DNA of 64,000 nucleotides from the IMG/VR virus record IMGVR_UViG_3300014167_000003, positions 1-64,000 of that record, one strand, 5' to 3'. Under the pieces are notes generated by a model. That model worked only from the letters and a program-made list of their open reading frames with translations. It was not told where the DNA came from and searched no databases. Below are positions 9,382 through 19,305 of this stretch, piece after piece; positions within the stretch are counted from its first letter, which is position 1; every line of letters begins with the position of its first letter. Source of the DNA: a virus (Duplodnaviria; Caudoviricetes). The translations under genes and the position numbers were made by a program.

Positions 9382-9956
9382 AGGTCACCCTCATTGGCTC
9401 CCGCCACTTCGGCGTCTCCGTGTTCGAGATGCTCCTCTCGTTCTTGCGTGTCGAGGTGGTGCGTGTGGTGGTGCACGACGGCGAGGACCGGCTCGCCTCG
9501 GCCGCCCGTGCGGGCGGCACGGAGGTGATCGTGCAGGCCGACCCGAGGCGGGTCTCGGCGGCCGAGATCGCGCGCGACACCGACCTGATCGTCACCGCGC
9601 ACAGCCATGCCAAGGTCACCAGGGAGGCGCTCACCGTCTCCCGCTTCGGCGGCATCGGCTATCACCCGTCGCTCCTTCCGCGCCACCGTGGCGCCGCCGC
9701 CGTGGAGTGGACGATCAAGGATGGCGATCCAATTGCGGGCGGCACCGTCTACCGCCTCACCGACCGCCTGGATGCCGGCGGCATCGTGCTTCAGGAGTGG
9801 TGTTTCGTGCGGCCGGGCGAGAGCGCCCGCGAGCTGTGGGAGCGCGCGCTGGCGCCGATGGGCGTGCGGCTCCTGCGCACGGCGGTGCAATTCGCGATCA
9901 TCGGCGACATGCCGGACGAGCCGCAGCAGGAAGAGTTCGCGACGAGCGCGCCATGA
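9378..9956 (+). CDS. Formyltransferase (Fmt/ArnA N-terminal type)
   Basis: IGYHPSLLPRHRGAAAVEW, GGTVYRL, LDAGGI. Confidence 0.88.
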   Translation: MKVTLIGSRHFGVSVFEMLLSFLRVEVVRVVVHDGEDRLASAARAGGTEVIVQADPRRVSAAEIARDTDLIVTAHSHAKVTREALTVSRFGGIGYHPSLLPRHRGAAAVEWTIKDGDPIAGGTVYRLTDRLDAGGIVLQEWCFVRPGESARELWERALAPMGVRLLRTAVQFAIIGDMPDEPQQEEFATSAP

Positions 9957-10183
9957 TCCTTGAGTTTCGGGAGCCCATCGAGGTCGACACGCCGCTCGGG
10001 CGCGGGCACGCGCTCTATGTCCACATCACCGCGCACGACAACCACTGGACCGTGGCGCTTAATGAGAGCAAGGCGTTCGTGACGTTCACGCAGGACCGGC
10101 TCCGCGCCACGAACAGCTACACGCACGGGCGCGGCATCGACGACGCCAGGATGCGGGAGATCATTAAGCCTCGATCTCGATGA
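9953..10183 (+). CDS. Hypothetical protein (76 aa), last gene of the + strand operon
   Basis: ATGA coupling; MILEFREPIEVDTPLGRG... Confidence 0.6.
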   Translation: MILEFREPIEVDTPLGRGHALYVHITAHDNHWTVALNESKAFVTFTQDRLRATNSYTHGRGIDDARMREIIKPRSR

Positions 10184-10511
10184 CGCGCACGCCTGCGGCG
10201 CGCGCCTTCTTGACCATGTCGGCGGTGCCGTTCTCGCCCGGGAAGGCCACGACGACGTCCGGCCTCCATTCGAGCATGCGGCTGTTGCGGCGTGGGCCGG
10301 CGCCAAGGCCGTACTTCTTCCATTCGGCGCGACAGATGTAGCGCGTGATCTCAGGCTTGGTCGCCGCCCACTCGCTCGCGAAGGTGTCGATGAACTTGGC
10401 GCCGCCGTGGATCATGTGCGTGAAGTGCAGCTCGGCGTGGAGCCGGTCGAGATGCGTCCAGACCATCGCCGGGCTACCGAACCTATGGCTCCCGCAGACG
10501 AGGAGCCTCAC
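10164..10511 (-). CDS. YspA/DUF2493-like SLOG family protein
   Basis: GTG start; RLLVCGSH, MIHGGAKFID, AEWKKYGLGAGPRRNSRML, VVAFPG...GTADMV. Confidence 0.8.
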   Translation of the reverse strand: MRLLVCGSHRFGSPAMVWTHLDRLHAELHFTHMIHGGAKFIDTFASEWAATKPEITRYICRAEWKKYGLGAGPRRNSRMLEWRPDVVVAFPGENGTADMVKKARAAGVRVIEIEA

Positions 10512-10900
10512 GCCTTGCTCCAGGCGATCAGGTTGACCTTGTGGTGCTCGATCAGCGCCCAGATCTTCGGCGCCCGCGCCTGAAGCTCCGCGAGGCCCGT
10601 GCCGATCCCGTCCGCCGGCCAGACCACTTCGTTGCCGGATCTGATGTGGTTGAGCAGCCGGGTGAACCGCGCATCGATCAGCAGGCGGACCTTTTCGAGA
10701 TCCTCGTTCTTGAAGAACGCGTCCTCGCGCATGTGCGGCGCCCACTTCGTCGGGATGCCGACCGCGTTCGGCTCGCCGCGCATCTCCTTGGCCTGGCCGC
10801 CGCGCCCGATGCCGGCGTAGTTGTCGCCGAAGACAAAGAGCGTGGCCGGGTTGGCGCGGAGCATCGCGCGGGTGATGTGCTTCTCAATGCGGAAGGTCAC
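10508..10900 (-). CDS. Conserved phage protein (FVFGDN...GIPTK...PADGIGTGLA family)
   Basis: Motifs common in phage hypothetical proteins; GTG start 10900. Confidence 0.65.
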   Translation of the reverse strand: MTFRIEKHITRAMLRANPATLFVFGDNYAGIGRGGQAKEMRGEPNAVGIPTKWAPHMREDAFFKNEDLEKVRLLIDARFTRLLNHIRSGNEVVWPADGIGTGLAELQARAPKIWALIEHHKVNLIAWSKA

Positions 10901-13890
10901 GGCACCTTCCTCAAGTTCTGCGCCGAGTAGATGTGCAGGAAGCCGGGCTCGTGCTCGACCACGTACCGGATCACGTTCTTGCTCGTCTTCGCCCAGCCGA
11001 TCACGGTGCCTTCGAGCTGGTAGTCGCCCGTGTACTTCTCCACCCGGTCGCCAGGGAAGAATTGGACTGTCAGATCCGGGCTGCAGCGCGACATGCAGGC
11101 ATTGGTGTGCTCGCACGCGCGCGGAGACTTGCAGGTCGGCGGCGGGAAGGTCATTGAGGCAATTCCTGCGTCCACTCGTGCCCGCAATTCGGACAACGAC
11201 GAGTTACGATGTCGCCGCCAGGATACCCGTCTTCCTGCTCGCCGACTTCGCGCGCATCGGGATGCAGGACAAGCGCGCCCTTAGTCGCGCCGGGCGACCA
11301 TGGGTGTTCGGCCGTGCAGATGAACGGGTTGCTGAAGTCGGGTTTGCTCATGTTGCCGGCCCTTCGCAGAAGCCCATGACACCGTAGCCGTCGATGGTGA
11401 CGATGTGCACGTCCTTCCAGCCGATGCGGTCGTCGTCGCCACCATTGGGTGTGACGCCGACCTGATCGTCGGTGAAGCCGTCCATGGTTGGCCAGTTGCG
11501 CAGCTCGTGCCGCAGGTGCGCAATGAGGCCGGCCCGGCCGTCGACCTCGACCATCTCGGCCAATGAGTCCCAGACGAGACCCTTGTGCGGGCGGTACTTC
11601 ACTTCGGCTCCTCCAGCTGCTTCTTCGGCTCCTCCTTCATGATCGACGGCGGCGCGTCGGCCTCGAACTCGTCGAGCGCCTGGTCCAGATCGGCCTTGTA
11701 CTGCTCGCGACGTCGGGCATTGACCAGATAGGAGTCGTATTCATGGTTTTTTGCCGCCCGATCCTCATCGATCTGCTCGCGCGCGTCGGCGTCGGCCGCC
11801 CGCCGCTCGCCCTTCCAGAACTCGCGCTTGCCATATGGCCGCAGGTGCGTCCACCATTCGCCCGCGCGCGTCAGAATGCCCTTCTTAACCGTGGCCATGT
11901 ATTTCTCCTCCAGTAACCGCTGCAGCGCACGCGCTCGCCCACATGAACATCACGCCTCTCCCATCACGTTCTCGCCACGGATCAGGAAGAAGTGCTGCCG
12001 CTGCGTCGGGTCGTCGGGACACGGCCGGCTCTGGGCGCCGCCGACGAAGATGATGTCGCCCTTGTCGACGATGCGCCACGCCCTCGGGCCCGGCATCGCC
12101 ACGTTGGCCATGGCAACGACCGCCGCGCGCGGCATCGCGTTCGGCGCGCACACCGTGCAGGAGAGCCCGTCATCCTGGCAGACGACGGCGACGCCGAGGT
12201 TGGCGTGTCCGGTCATTTCTGCCGCTTCATGTTGTTGCCCGGCCACCGATCCGTCTCGTCCTCGACATGGTTGGCGACCACCGCCGCCGCTACCGCCAGC
12301 CCGTAAACCATCAGAAGCGCAAAAATCAGCGTCATCACTCCCCCTTCATCACCTCCTGTGCTGGCTGCGAGAGGGCGCGGCGCGCAATCTCACGAAGCTC
12401 AGATGCAGTATCCTCGCTGTCCGGGTATTGGTCTGTATCGGCGATCTCGCGAAGCGCAGCTTCCATTGTCTGCGCCTTCACGTCCCCGCGCTCGGGGAGG
12501 GTGGCGTAGAGTGGCTCAATCACGATGCTCGATGGATCATGAAACGGCGGCGGCTTGTCGTTGTACGACCACAAAAACGGATCATCCGTATAGGGCCAAC
12601 GCCAACGATATGCCACGGGCCGCCCCAGATTCGCTAGGCTCATCGCTCCGCTCCCACCAAAAAGTTGACGATCTCATCCGCCGTATGATCGCGCCCGCTG
12701 CTCTGGCCAGACAGCTGGACCCAGCCGCCGCCGCTCATGCTCGGCGGCCACAGCGTGAACCCGACCGTGGAGCTATATCGGATCAGCGTGGCGATGCCCT
12801 CGGCGCCGCGCCGGTTGAGGTAGGCGCGCAGGCCGGGATCGCGGTGCGCGTCGGGGTATTTCGGGTCGACCCACACCTGCACCACCGGAACCCTTCGCAC
12901 CTCGCCGGTCTCGTCGTCACGCGCCTCAACGTAGTCCATCATCATGTCGACGACCACATGAGATCGATCCGGCCGCGCGAGATCGGCGGCGTCGTCGTCA
13001 ACCAGCCAGCGACACGACCAAGCGCCGCACTCCACCGGAAAGCCGGCGCCACGGTAGACGGTGCAGCCGACCTTGAACTTCTGGTGCCGGCAGCGCTCGC
13101 CAGCCTCCTTCGCGAGTGCGCGCACGGGCAGAAGACGGCAGCATAGCTGGCAATCGCCGCAGGACCTCATTGCTCCGCTCCCACCTTCACATCGACCACC
13201 GCGACCGCGCAGCCCGGCGTCGCGTCCCACTCAACAAAGTACATGAACCGGTGCCCGGCGCGCTCCGCGTCCATCATGCCGAGCGCCTGCATGTCGATGG
13301 AGCCGAGCACCCGGCCACGGTCGCCGTTCGGCCGGGTGTCGCCCTTCTCGCTATTTCTCTTGCGGACCACGGCGCCGTTCGGGATCGCGCCCTCGGCCTC
13401 GTCGCGCGAGAACGCGCCGATGTAGCCAGGGTGGTTGGCGATGACAGGCTTCATCTCGTCCCCCAGGTAAACACGACAGAAGAGTTCCCGTACCGGAGCC
13501 CGTCCTGGCGGCAATGAAAGCACCGCACGAACTCGACCAGGAGCGCCGGCCGGTCGCGGACCATGCCGCCCGCGTGCACGTCGATCCGCCCGGTCGGGTG
13601 CCACTCATGGCGCCACGGACCCAGATCATGGAGCGGCGCACAGAGCATCACCTCGTCCTCAACATCAGCCTGGCCATCGCCTCCCGCATCACCGGCAACC
13701 CAGCCTTCCAGCACTCCTCGTCGGCATCGCCGCACCAGCCCGTCGCGCAGTGCGCGGCGTTGAACACCGCGTAGAGCGTCTCGGCCGCCTCTGCGTTAAC
13801 TCGCTCACGTTCGAGCGGCGAGAGACGTTCAAAGGCATCGGTCACCATCGGCTCCGTCCCGCAATACTCATCCAGGTTCGCGAGGCTCAT
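10897..13890 (-). CDS. Run of about nine small phage hypothetical genes (10897-11196, 11151-11351, 11348-11602, 11599-11898, 11950-12246, 12335-12643, 12640-13170, 13167-13454, 13648-13890)
   Basis: Mostly abutting or overlapping minus-strand ORFs; 12640-13170 is Cys-rich (CGDCQLCC, YkgJ-like). Confidence 0.6.
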
Positions 13891-13915
13891 GACATCCTCC
13901 GTGTGAATGAAAAGA

Positions 13916-14140
13916 GGGACCCGCAGGCACGAACACGGGCCCCCCTGGCGCCGCCCCAGTCCTGCATCACTACAGGACCACCCTCACCGACCATAGGGTG
14001 TGAGCGAGGAAAGCAAACGGCGCCAGATGGGACCCTACCAAAGCCGATGGCGTGTTTACAGATGCGGGTGTCGCGACGGGAACATGGGACCCAAAAATTT
14101 TGCGGATGGGACCCATATGAAAATTTCCCAGATGGGACCC
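13916..14140. repeat. Cluster of ATGGGACCC direct repeats with A-tracts
   Basis: ATGGGACCC at 14027, 14084, 14106, 14132 and GGGACCC at 13916; AAAAATTT, AAAATTT and AAAAATTC between or after them. Confidence 0.75.
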
Positions 14141-14321
14141 AAGGGAGGGCGGGCTTTAAACCAAAAATTCACCGCCGTCGCCGCGCCTGCGGCCCCCGCC
14201 CGGGTAGTACGGCTCCCCTCCCGGCGGCCCGAGGCGGCCCTGGGTGGGTGGGCCGCCCTGGCGTAAGCCCTTGATGTGCCGGCGCTATCGGTGGGTCGAC
14301 AGATCCAAACGGACGAATGGA

Positions 14322-14870
14322 TCAGTTGAGCGTGTCACCAGGGCCGCGCTCAGGCATCGGCTCAGCAACGGCAGGCAGCTCGGCCTGCTTCGCCTCGGCC
14401 TCCTCGGCCTTGGCGAGCGTCGCAGCCAGGGCAGCAGCCGCGTCCTCGCCCAGCTCGGCCCGCACCTTGGCGAGCACCTCTTCCGTGGTCTGCAGCTGCG
14501 CGAACTCTCCAGGCGCGCCCGTCTCCTTGCGGTCGACGAGGAGCCCGACAAGTCGAGCAGCCAGTTGCGTCGCCTGGATGGCCGCGCTCGTCTGTCCCAA
14601 GTCGCGCGCCAGCTTGCGGTCGTCGGCCAGATCCTGGAGCAAACTCTCAACCGTGATGCGTGTCCTGGTGCTCATCTGTCGCCTGATCTCCTGGATGCGG
14701 CGTTGCACTTCAGCATGCCTCAGCAGCCTGCTGGCATTCACCTCAAGGGCGCGTTGGGTTGTCGTGTTGTAGCCGGCCTCGGCGTAAGCTCTTGTCGCGT
14801 TCTGGTGTTTGACCCAGTTGCGGACGAACTTCTCGTGGCGGATGTTTTGCATCGCGGGCATGGCGAGCAC
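14322..14870 (-). CDS. Terminase small subunit
   Basis: HEKFVRNW..NATRAYAEAGY...NASRLLRHAEVQRRIQE HTH pattern typical of TerS; SAAIQATQLAARLVG. Confidence 0.8.
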   Translation of the reverse strand: MLAMPAMQNIRHEKFVRNWVKHQNATRAYAEAGYNTTTQRALEVNASRLLRHAEVQRRIQEIRRQMSTRTRITVESLLQDLADDRKLARDLGQTSAAIQATQLAARLVGLLVDRKETGAPGEFAQLQTTEEVLAKVRAELGEDAAAALAATLAKAEEAEAKQAELPAVAEPMPERGPGDTLN

Positions 14871-15233
14871 GCTACCACGCGCTGCGCGCTTTGCTCAAGG
14901 TGTGAGGCAGGGCTCAGAGGTAGAGCCAGCAGGTGTAGGCGAGGAGGAAGGTGATGGTGATGAGCCAGCACACCGCTTCGCGGTGCAGCTCCTCATCGGT
15001 GCGTGGGCCGCAGGTCATGTGTGGGATCTCATGTCGTCTGAGCCGCGCGCGAGGAGAGCGATGCGCAAAACGCTTGTCAAGCCCACCAGGTACCGCGCTG
15101 ATCGCGCTGTTCTTCTTATGTCCCATTCGTTCGTGTGCAAACAATGCGGGCGTTTCACTCGTTGCCGACGCAACCAATTAATTTGAGGACGGCCTCATTT
15201 CTTGCTGTTAACACGCGCCGAATATGGTAGTCT

Positions 15234-15685
15234 TTGCCATGCCCAGATGGCCTGGGCGATACCTGGGAGAACACCATGCGCAAACAATTCGTCGAGTGCT
15301 CCAGCCGCAAGCAGGCCGAGAAGGCGTGCCCGTGGGCAGAGAAGGTCGTCAAAGTCGAAGGCGGTTATTGGTGTTTTGAGAGCATCTCCGAGTGTGAAAG
15401 TTGGAAGAAGCAGAAGTAGCGGCACCACACGCCGATGATGGCCATCGGCAATTCAAACCTGAGAGGAACACCATGTCGAAGATCACATCAGAGCCGGTTG
15501 CGGACGACCGCGTCATCGTTGGCGCCTCAGACGCCGTGTATGCCGAGTACAGCGCGCGCGCCGAGGAGCCGTTCACCGTCGCATACGCGTTCAACGACGA
15601 GATCTATTCGGTTGAGGGCTACAACAGCCGCACTGCCGCTCTCGCCGCCGCAAAGGCCGCCGGCACGCGCGTGGAGGTGCTTTAA
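15234..15685 (+). CDS. Two small hypothetical genes (about 15276-15419 and 15473-15685)
   Basis: SD-like GGAGAA and GAGAGG before the ATGs; the second is coupled to the recombinase. Confidence 0.55.
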
Positions 15686-16356
15686 TGCAGACCCTCGTCG
15701 CATACTACCGCGTCAGCACGCAGAAGCAGGGCCGCTCTGGCCTCGGCCTCGATGCACAGAAGGAGGCCGTGCTCCGCTTCGCCGAGCAGCACCGTTTGGC
15801 CATCTCGCACACGTTCATCGAGATCGAGACCGGCAAGGGCGCCGATGCATTGCACCAGCGTCCAGAATTGTCCAAGGCGCTCGATGCCGCGCGTGAGCAC
15901 GGCGCCAAGATCGCCGTCGCCAAGCTCGACCGGCTCTCGCGTGATGTCCACTTCATCTCCGGCCTGATGGCGCAGCGCGTGCCGTTCGTCGTCACCGAAC
16001 TCGGGCCCGACGTCGATCCCTTCATGCTCCACATCTACGCGGCGGTGGCGCAGAAGGAGGCGGCGCTCATCTCACAACGCACACGCGCGGCATTGCGGGC
16101 CGCCAAGAAGCGCGGCGTCAAGCTCGGCAACCCGAACCTCGCCGCCGCCAATAGGGCCGCCGGTGAGGCCAAGAGCGCCGTGGCGACGGCATTCGCGAAG
16201 AGCGTCAAGCCGTACATCGAACTCATCCAGGCGAAGGGCGTCACCTCGAACCGCGCCATTGCCGCCGAATTGAACCGGCTCAAGGTATCATCCGCGACCG
16301 GCGCCGCGTGGTCCGACGTGCAGGTCGGCCGCGTCCTCAAACGGCTGGAGGCGTGA
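15685..16356 (+). CDS. Serine recombinase (resolvase domain plus short C-terminal DNA-binding domain)
   Basis: AYYRVSTQKQ, GLDAQ, AKLDRLSRD, EAALISQRTRAAL, GVKLGNP. Confidence 0.92.
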   Translation: MQTLVAYYRVSTQKQGRSGLGLDAQKEAVLRFAEQHRLAISHTFIEIETGKGADALHQRPELSKALDAAREHGAKIAVAKLDRLSRDVHFISGLMAQRVPFVVTELGPDVDPFMLHIYAAVAQKEAALISQRTRAALRAAKKRGVKLGNPNLAAANRAAGEAKSAVATAFAKSVKPYIELIQAKGVTSNRAIAAELNRLKVSSATGAAWSDVQVGRVLKRLEA

Positions 16357-16358
16357 AC

Positions 16359-17685
16359 ATGTCAACGTGGCACCAGGACAAGGCCAAGACGCAGCTGTGG
16401 CACGCGACGGAGTGGACCGTGGTGATCGATCCGCCGCATCAGCTGCGCGCCATCTACCGCACCAGCAGCAAGGCCCTCGCCGACGTCTACCTGCGCGGGC
16501 TCAGGGAGAACAACCCGGGCGCCGCCGCGCACGCGTACATTCTGCCACCACAGAAGGAGGCGTGAACATGGCGTGGTTCTCAACATCATCCGGCCGCATC
16601 GAGATCGAGATCACCCTCGATCAGGCGCGTACCGGCTACCATCAGGGCCAATGCGACGAGGACGTGCTCTTCCTCTCGCGTGAGCCCGAGATCGCGTCCC
16701 AGCTCGCCGCTATCGATCCGGCGCTCCTTGCCGGCGAATTGCGCGAGTACGGCGCCTGGGACGACAAGGACCTTGCCGACCACGATCAAAACCTGCAGCG
16801 CATCCTCTGGCTCGCCTGCGGCGACATCTTCGACCACCAATTTGACGATGAGGCCGAAACCGGCGCGTGAGCGCCGGTCGCACCGTGATGCGGTGCCTGA
16901 CGATGGCCGTCAGCAACACGAACCTGAGAGGTTAACATGTCCGCCTACATTGTTTCCCACGACCACATCGACGGGCTCCTATCGTTCGCCCTCGATCAGG
17001 TGAGCTACTACGTGCCCACCATTGACCGGCGCATCGAGATCACGCTCGACAATGCCGAGGAGATCGGCCGCATCCTCCTCACCGAGAATGAGCGGAGCGT
17101 CTATTTCCGCTACCGCGATCTCAATGCGAGCAAGCCGGGTCTGAGCAAGCCCGGCACCGATGGCCAGGATGCGGAGAACTACTCATTCCGCCCGTGGCCA
17201 TTGAGCCGGCGCCCGCAGCCTATTGAGATCCTCAAGGCATGCGAGTGCTTCGACTACCAGGCCTGCGAGACCGACGACTACGAACAGAGTATCGCCTGGC
17301 GGATCATCGACGCGATCCGGCATGGCGCCATTCGCAAATTGCCCGGGTATGAGAACGCCGATGGGTGGGAGCTGCGCCGCCCGACGTCGAAGGTCACGCA
17401 CAAGGTCGGAGGCGGCCGATGAGCAAGACCATCACCATCCATTGGGACGACGCAGCGTCGTACAACCGCTTCAAGGTGGCTCTCGACGTCCAGAACGCTG
17501 GCAACCTGCGCGCCCTGGCGCGTGAGTTCGTCAAGGTCGTCGACAGCGCCGAGGAGGCCACGCGGTCCACCAAGGGCACATGGGACGACGCCGCCGTCGT
17601 TCTCTTCGTCAATAAGTTCGAGAGCCTCTGCCGCAGCGACGCGCGGTTCTCGACCGCCTACGCGATCTGCCAGGAGAAAGCTTGA
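16359..17685 (+). CDS. Four small hypothetical genes (16359-16565, 16568-16870, 16937-17422, 17419-17685)
   Basis: Good SD sites; GGAGGCGTGAACATG junction occurs twice. Confidence 0.65.
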
Positions 17686-17692
17686 TCCTGGT

Positions 17693-17720
17693 GGGCCCGA
17701 GGGTTGGCGCCCTCGGGCCC
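17693..17720 (+). terminator. Perfect 11-bp hairpin, probable terminator
   Basis: GGGCCCGAGGG-TTGGCG-CCCTCGGGCCC just after the 17685 stop; weak U-tract (TGTTACT). Confidence 0.55.
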
Positions 17721-17796
17721 TGTTACTGCCGGCGGGCACCCGCGCCTGAGAGGCCACGAGGCCTGATACAGCAACACCGAACAATAGGAGCAATAG

Positions 17797-18357
17797 ATGG
17801 CATTCCGCAAGACAGAGGCCGTCCTGGCCGCACAGCAGGCCCGGAAACAGGCGATGATCGACGCGGCAATTGAGGTCATTGCCAGGGGCGGCATCGATGC
17901 ATTGACCACGCAGGCGGTCGCCGACCGCGTCGAGGTCTCAATTGGCACCGTGTACAATTTCTTCGCAGACGGCTCCGATCTCCTCGCCGCCGCCATCGTG
18001 CAATTGGCCAGGGCCGACATCAACGCCATGCGCAACGCGGCGAAGCTCGAATTGAGGCCCATCAACGCGCTCGCCGCCGCATTGACGGTGTTCTATAGCC
18101 GCCAGGAACGGCGCCGGTTGGTTGAGGCCATGTCCACCATGTCGTCCTACCGCGACGCCATCATCGACGAGATCGCGCGCCTCCTGGAGGAGGTGGTGCC
18201 GCAGGGCCGCCAGATCGCGGCAGCGGGCGTCCTGGGCGCGTTGTACGGCATCCATGGGTTCAGGAGCGGCGCCCAGGATCGCGCATCAGCGGCCGTCGCG
18301 TTCGCTCTCCTGGGCATCGGCGTGCCGGCGAAGGCGGTGGAGCGTCTCGTCGACTAA
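17797..18357 (+). CDS. TetR family transcriptional regulator
   Basis: RKQAMIDAAIEVIARGGIDALTTQAVADRVEVSIGTVYNFF. Confidence 0.85.
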   Translation: MAFRKTEAVLAAQQARKQAMIDAAIEVIARGGIDALTTQAVADRVEVSIGTVYNFFADGSDLLAAAIVQLARADINAMRNAAKLELRPINALAAALTVFYSRQERRRLVEAMSTMSSYRDAIIDEIARLLEEVVPQGRQIAAAGVLGALYGIHGFRSGAQDRASAAVAFALLGIGVPAKAVERLVD

Positions 18358-18552
18358 ACGGTATTCTATGGGAGCAGATACCTGGGCGGTGAGCTGGAAT
18401 TGCTCGCCGCCCTTTCCTGTTGCAGCGGCCAGAAGAGCGCCCAGCCGGTCTCGACATCGCGGATCAGCATGTGGCGCCCGCTATCCCTCAATTGCCGGTG
18501 CTCCTGCGTCGTGCCGGGCACGACGGCGCCGAGGCGCAATGCGAGATCGCGG

Positions 18553-19305
18553 CTACACCTCAATTCGATCATTTGACCTGCCCTTCCGCTTCACGAGCAC
18601 CTGCGCGTAGTCGTGCATGTGCGGGAACGTCGGGATGTCAATATACGCCAGTTCCTCGAAACATCCATCCAGGTAGCGCCAGGCGGCGTCGTCGGCGCAC
18701 GCCTCCTCGCGAATGACGATGAGCTTCTGCCCGATCCGCATCGCGCGGAGCATTTGCTTGAACCAGGTGAAGTTGAGCGAGGGCCACGAGCAGAAGACCG
18801 TGCGGTGGCTGAACCTGCGCACCATGGTCTTGGCCTGACCGCGCTGCTGTCCTAGATCGTGCTCGCCGCAGGTCCAGAAATAGCTCTCGTCGAGCATGTC
18901 GCTCCCAATGACGTCGATGCCACGGAGCCGCATCAAACGCGTCATGTAGCCGGTGCCGGCGCCAACCTCGATGATCGGGCCATGCTCGGCGAGCGCATCG
19001 AGAAGCTCGGCGCACGGGAGCGCAAAGCCGTAATGCCGGGTCCAGTAGTCGCGGGTGTGCCAGGCGTTCATGAGCCGGTTCATGTCGGGCATTTCCACAT
19101 CGCCGAAGTCGATGACGCCGGTCTCCTCGCCCTTCTTCAAGATCTCGGCCGTGCGACGGTCGAACTTCCTATGCTCGTCCTCGTACACATCGCCCCAGGT
19201 CTCGATGATCCTGGCGTACGGCCACACCGGCTCGCCGGCCATCCAGGCGGCCATGGTGTCGATCACGATCTTGTCGAGGACGAGGTCGACGGGGAGTTTG
19301 TTCAT
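18553..19305 (-). CDS. SAM-dependent methyltransferase-like phage protein
   Basis: PIIEVGAGTGY, VIGSD, VFCSWP. Confidence 0.65.
   Translation of the reverse strand: MNKLPVDLVLDKIVIDTMAAWMAGEPVWPYARIIETWGDVYEDEHRKFDRRTAEILKKGEETGVIDFGDVEMPDMNRLMNAWHTRDYWTRHYGFALPCAELLDALAEHGPIIEVGAGTGYMTRLMRLRGIDVIGSDMLDESYFWTCGEHDLGQQRGQAKTMVRRFSHRTVFCSWPSLNFTWFKQMLRAMRIGQKLIVIREEACADDAAWRYLDGCFEELAYIDIPTFPHMHDYAQVLVKRKGRSNDRIEV

Noticed and set aside
16-10183. Host O-antigen/capsule locus flanking an integrated prophage
   Set aside because: No attL/attR, tRNA or housekeeping gene at the 10.2 kb junction, attP is intact and phage-like mini-ORFs are interleaved; not fully excluded without the left flank
15431-16931. 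Hammerhead ribozyme suggested by CTGACGA/CCGATGA
   Set aside because: No downstream GAAA core or stems I/III; the motif pairs within its own hairpin
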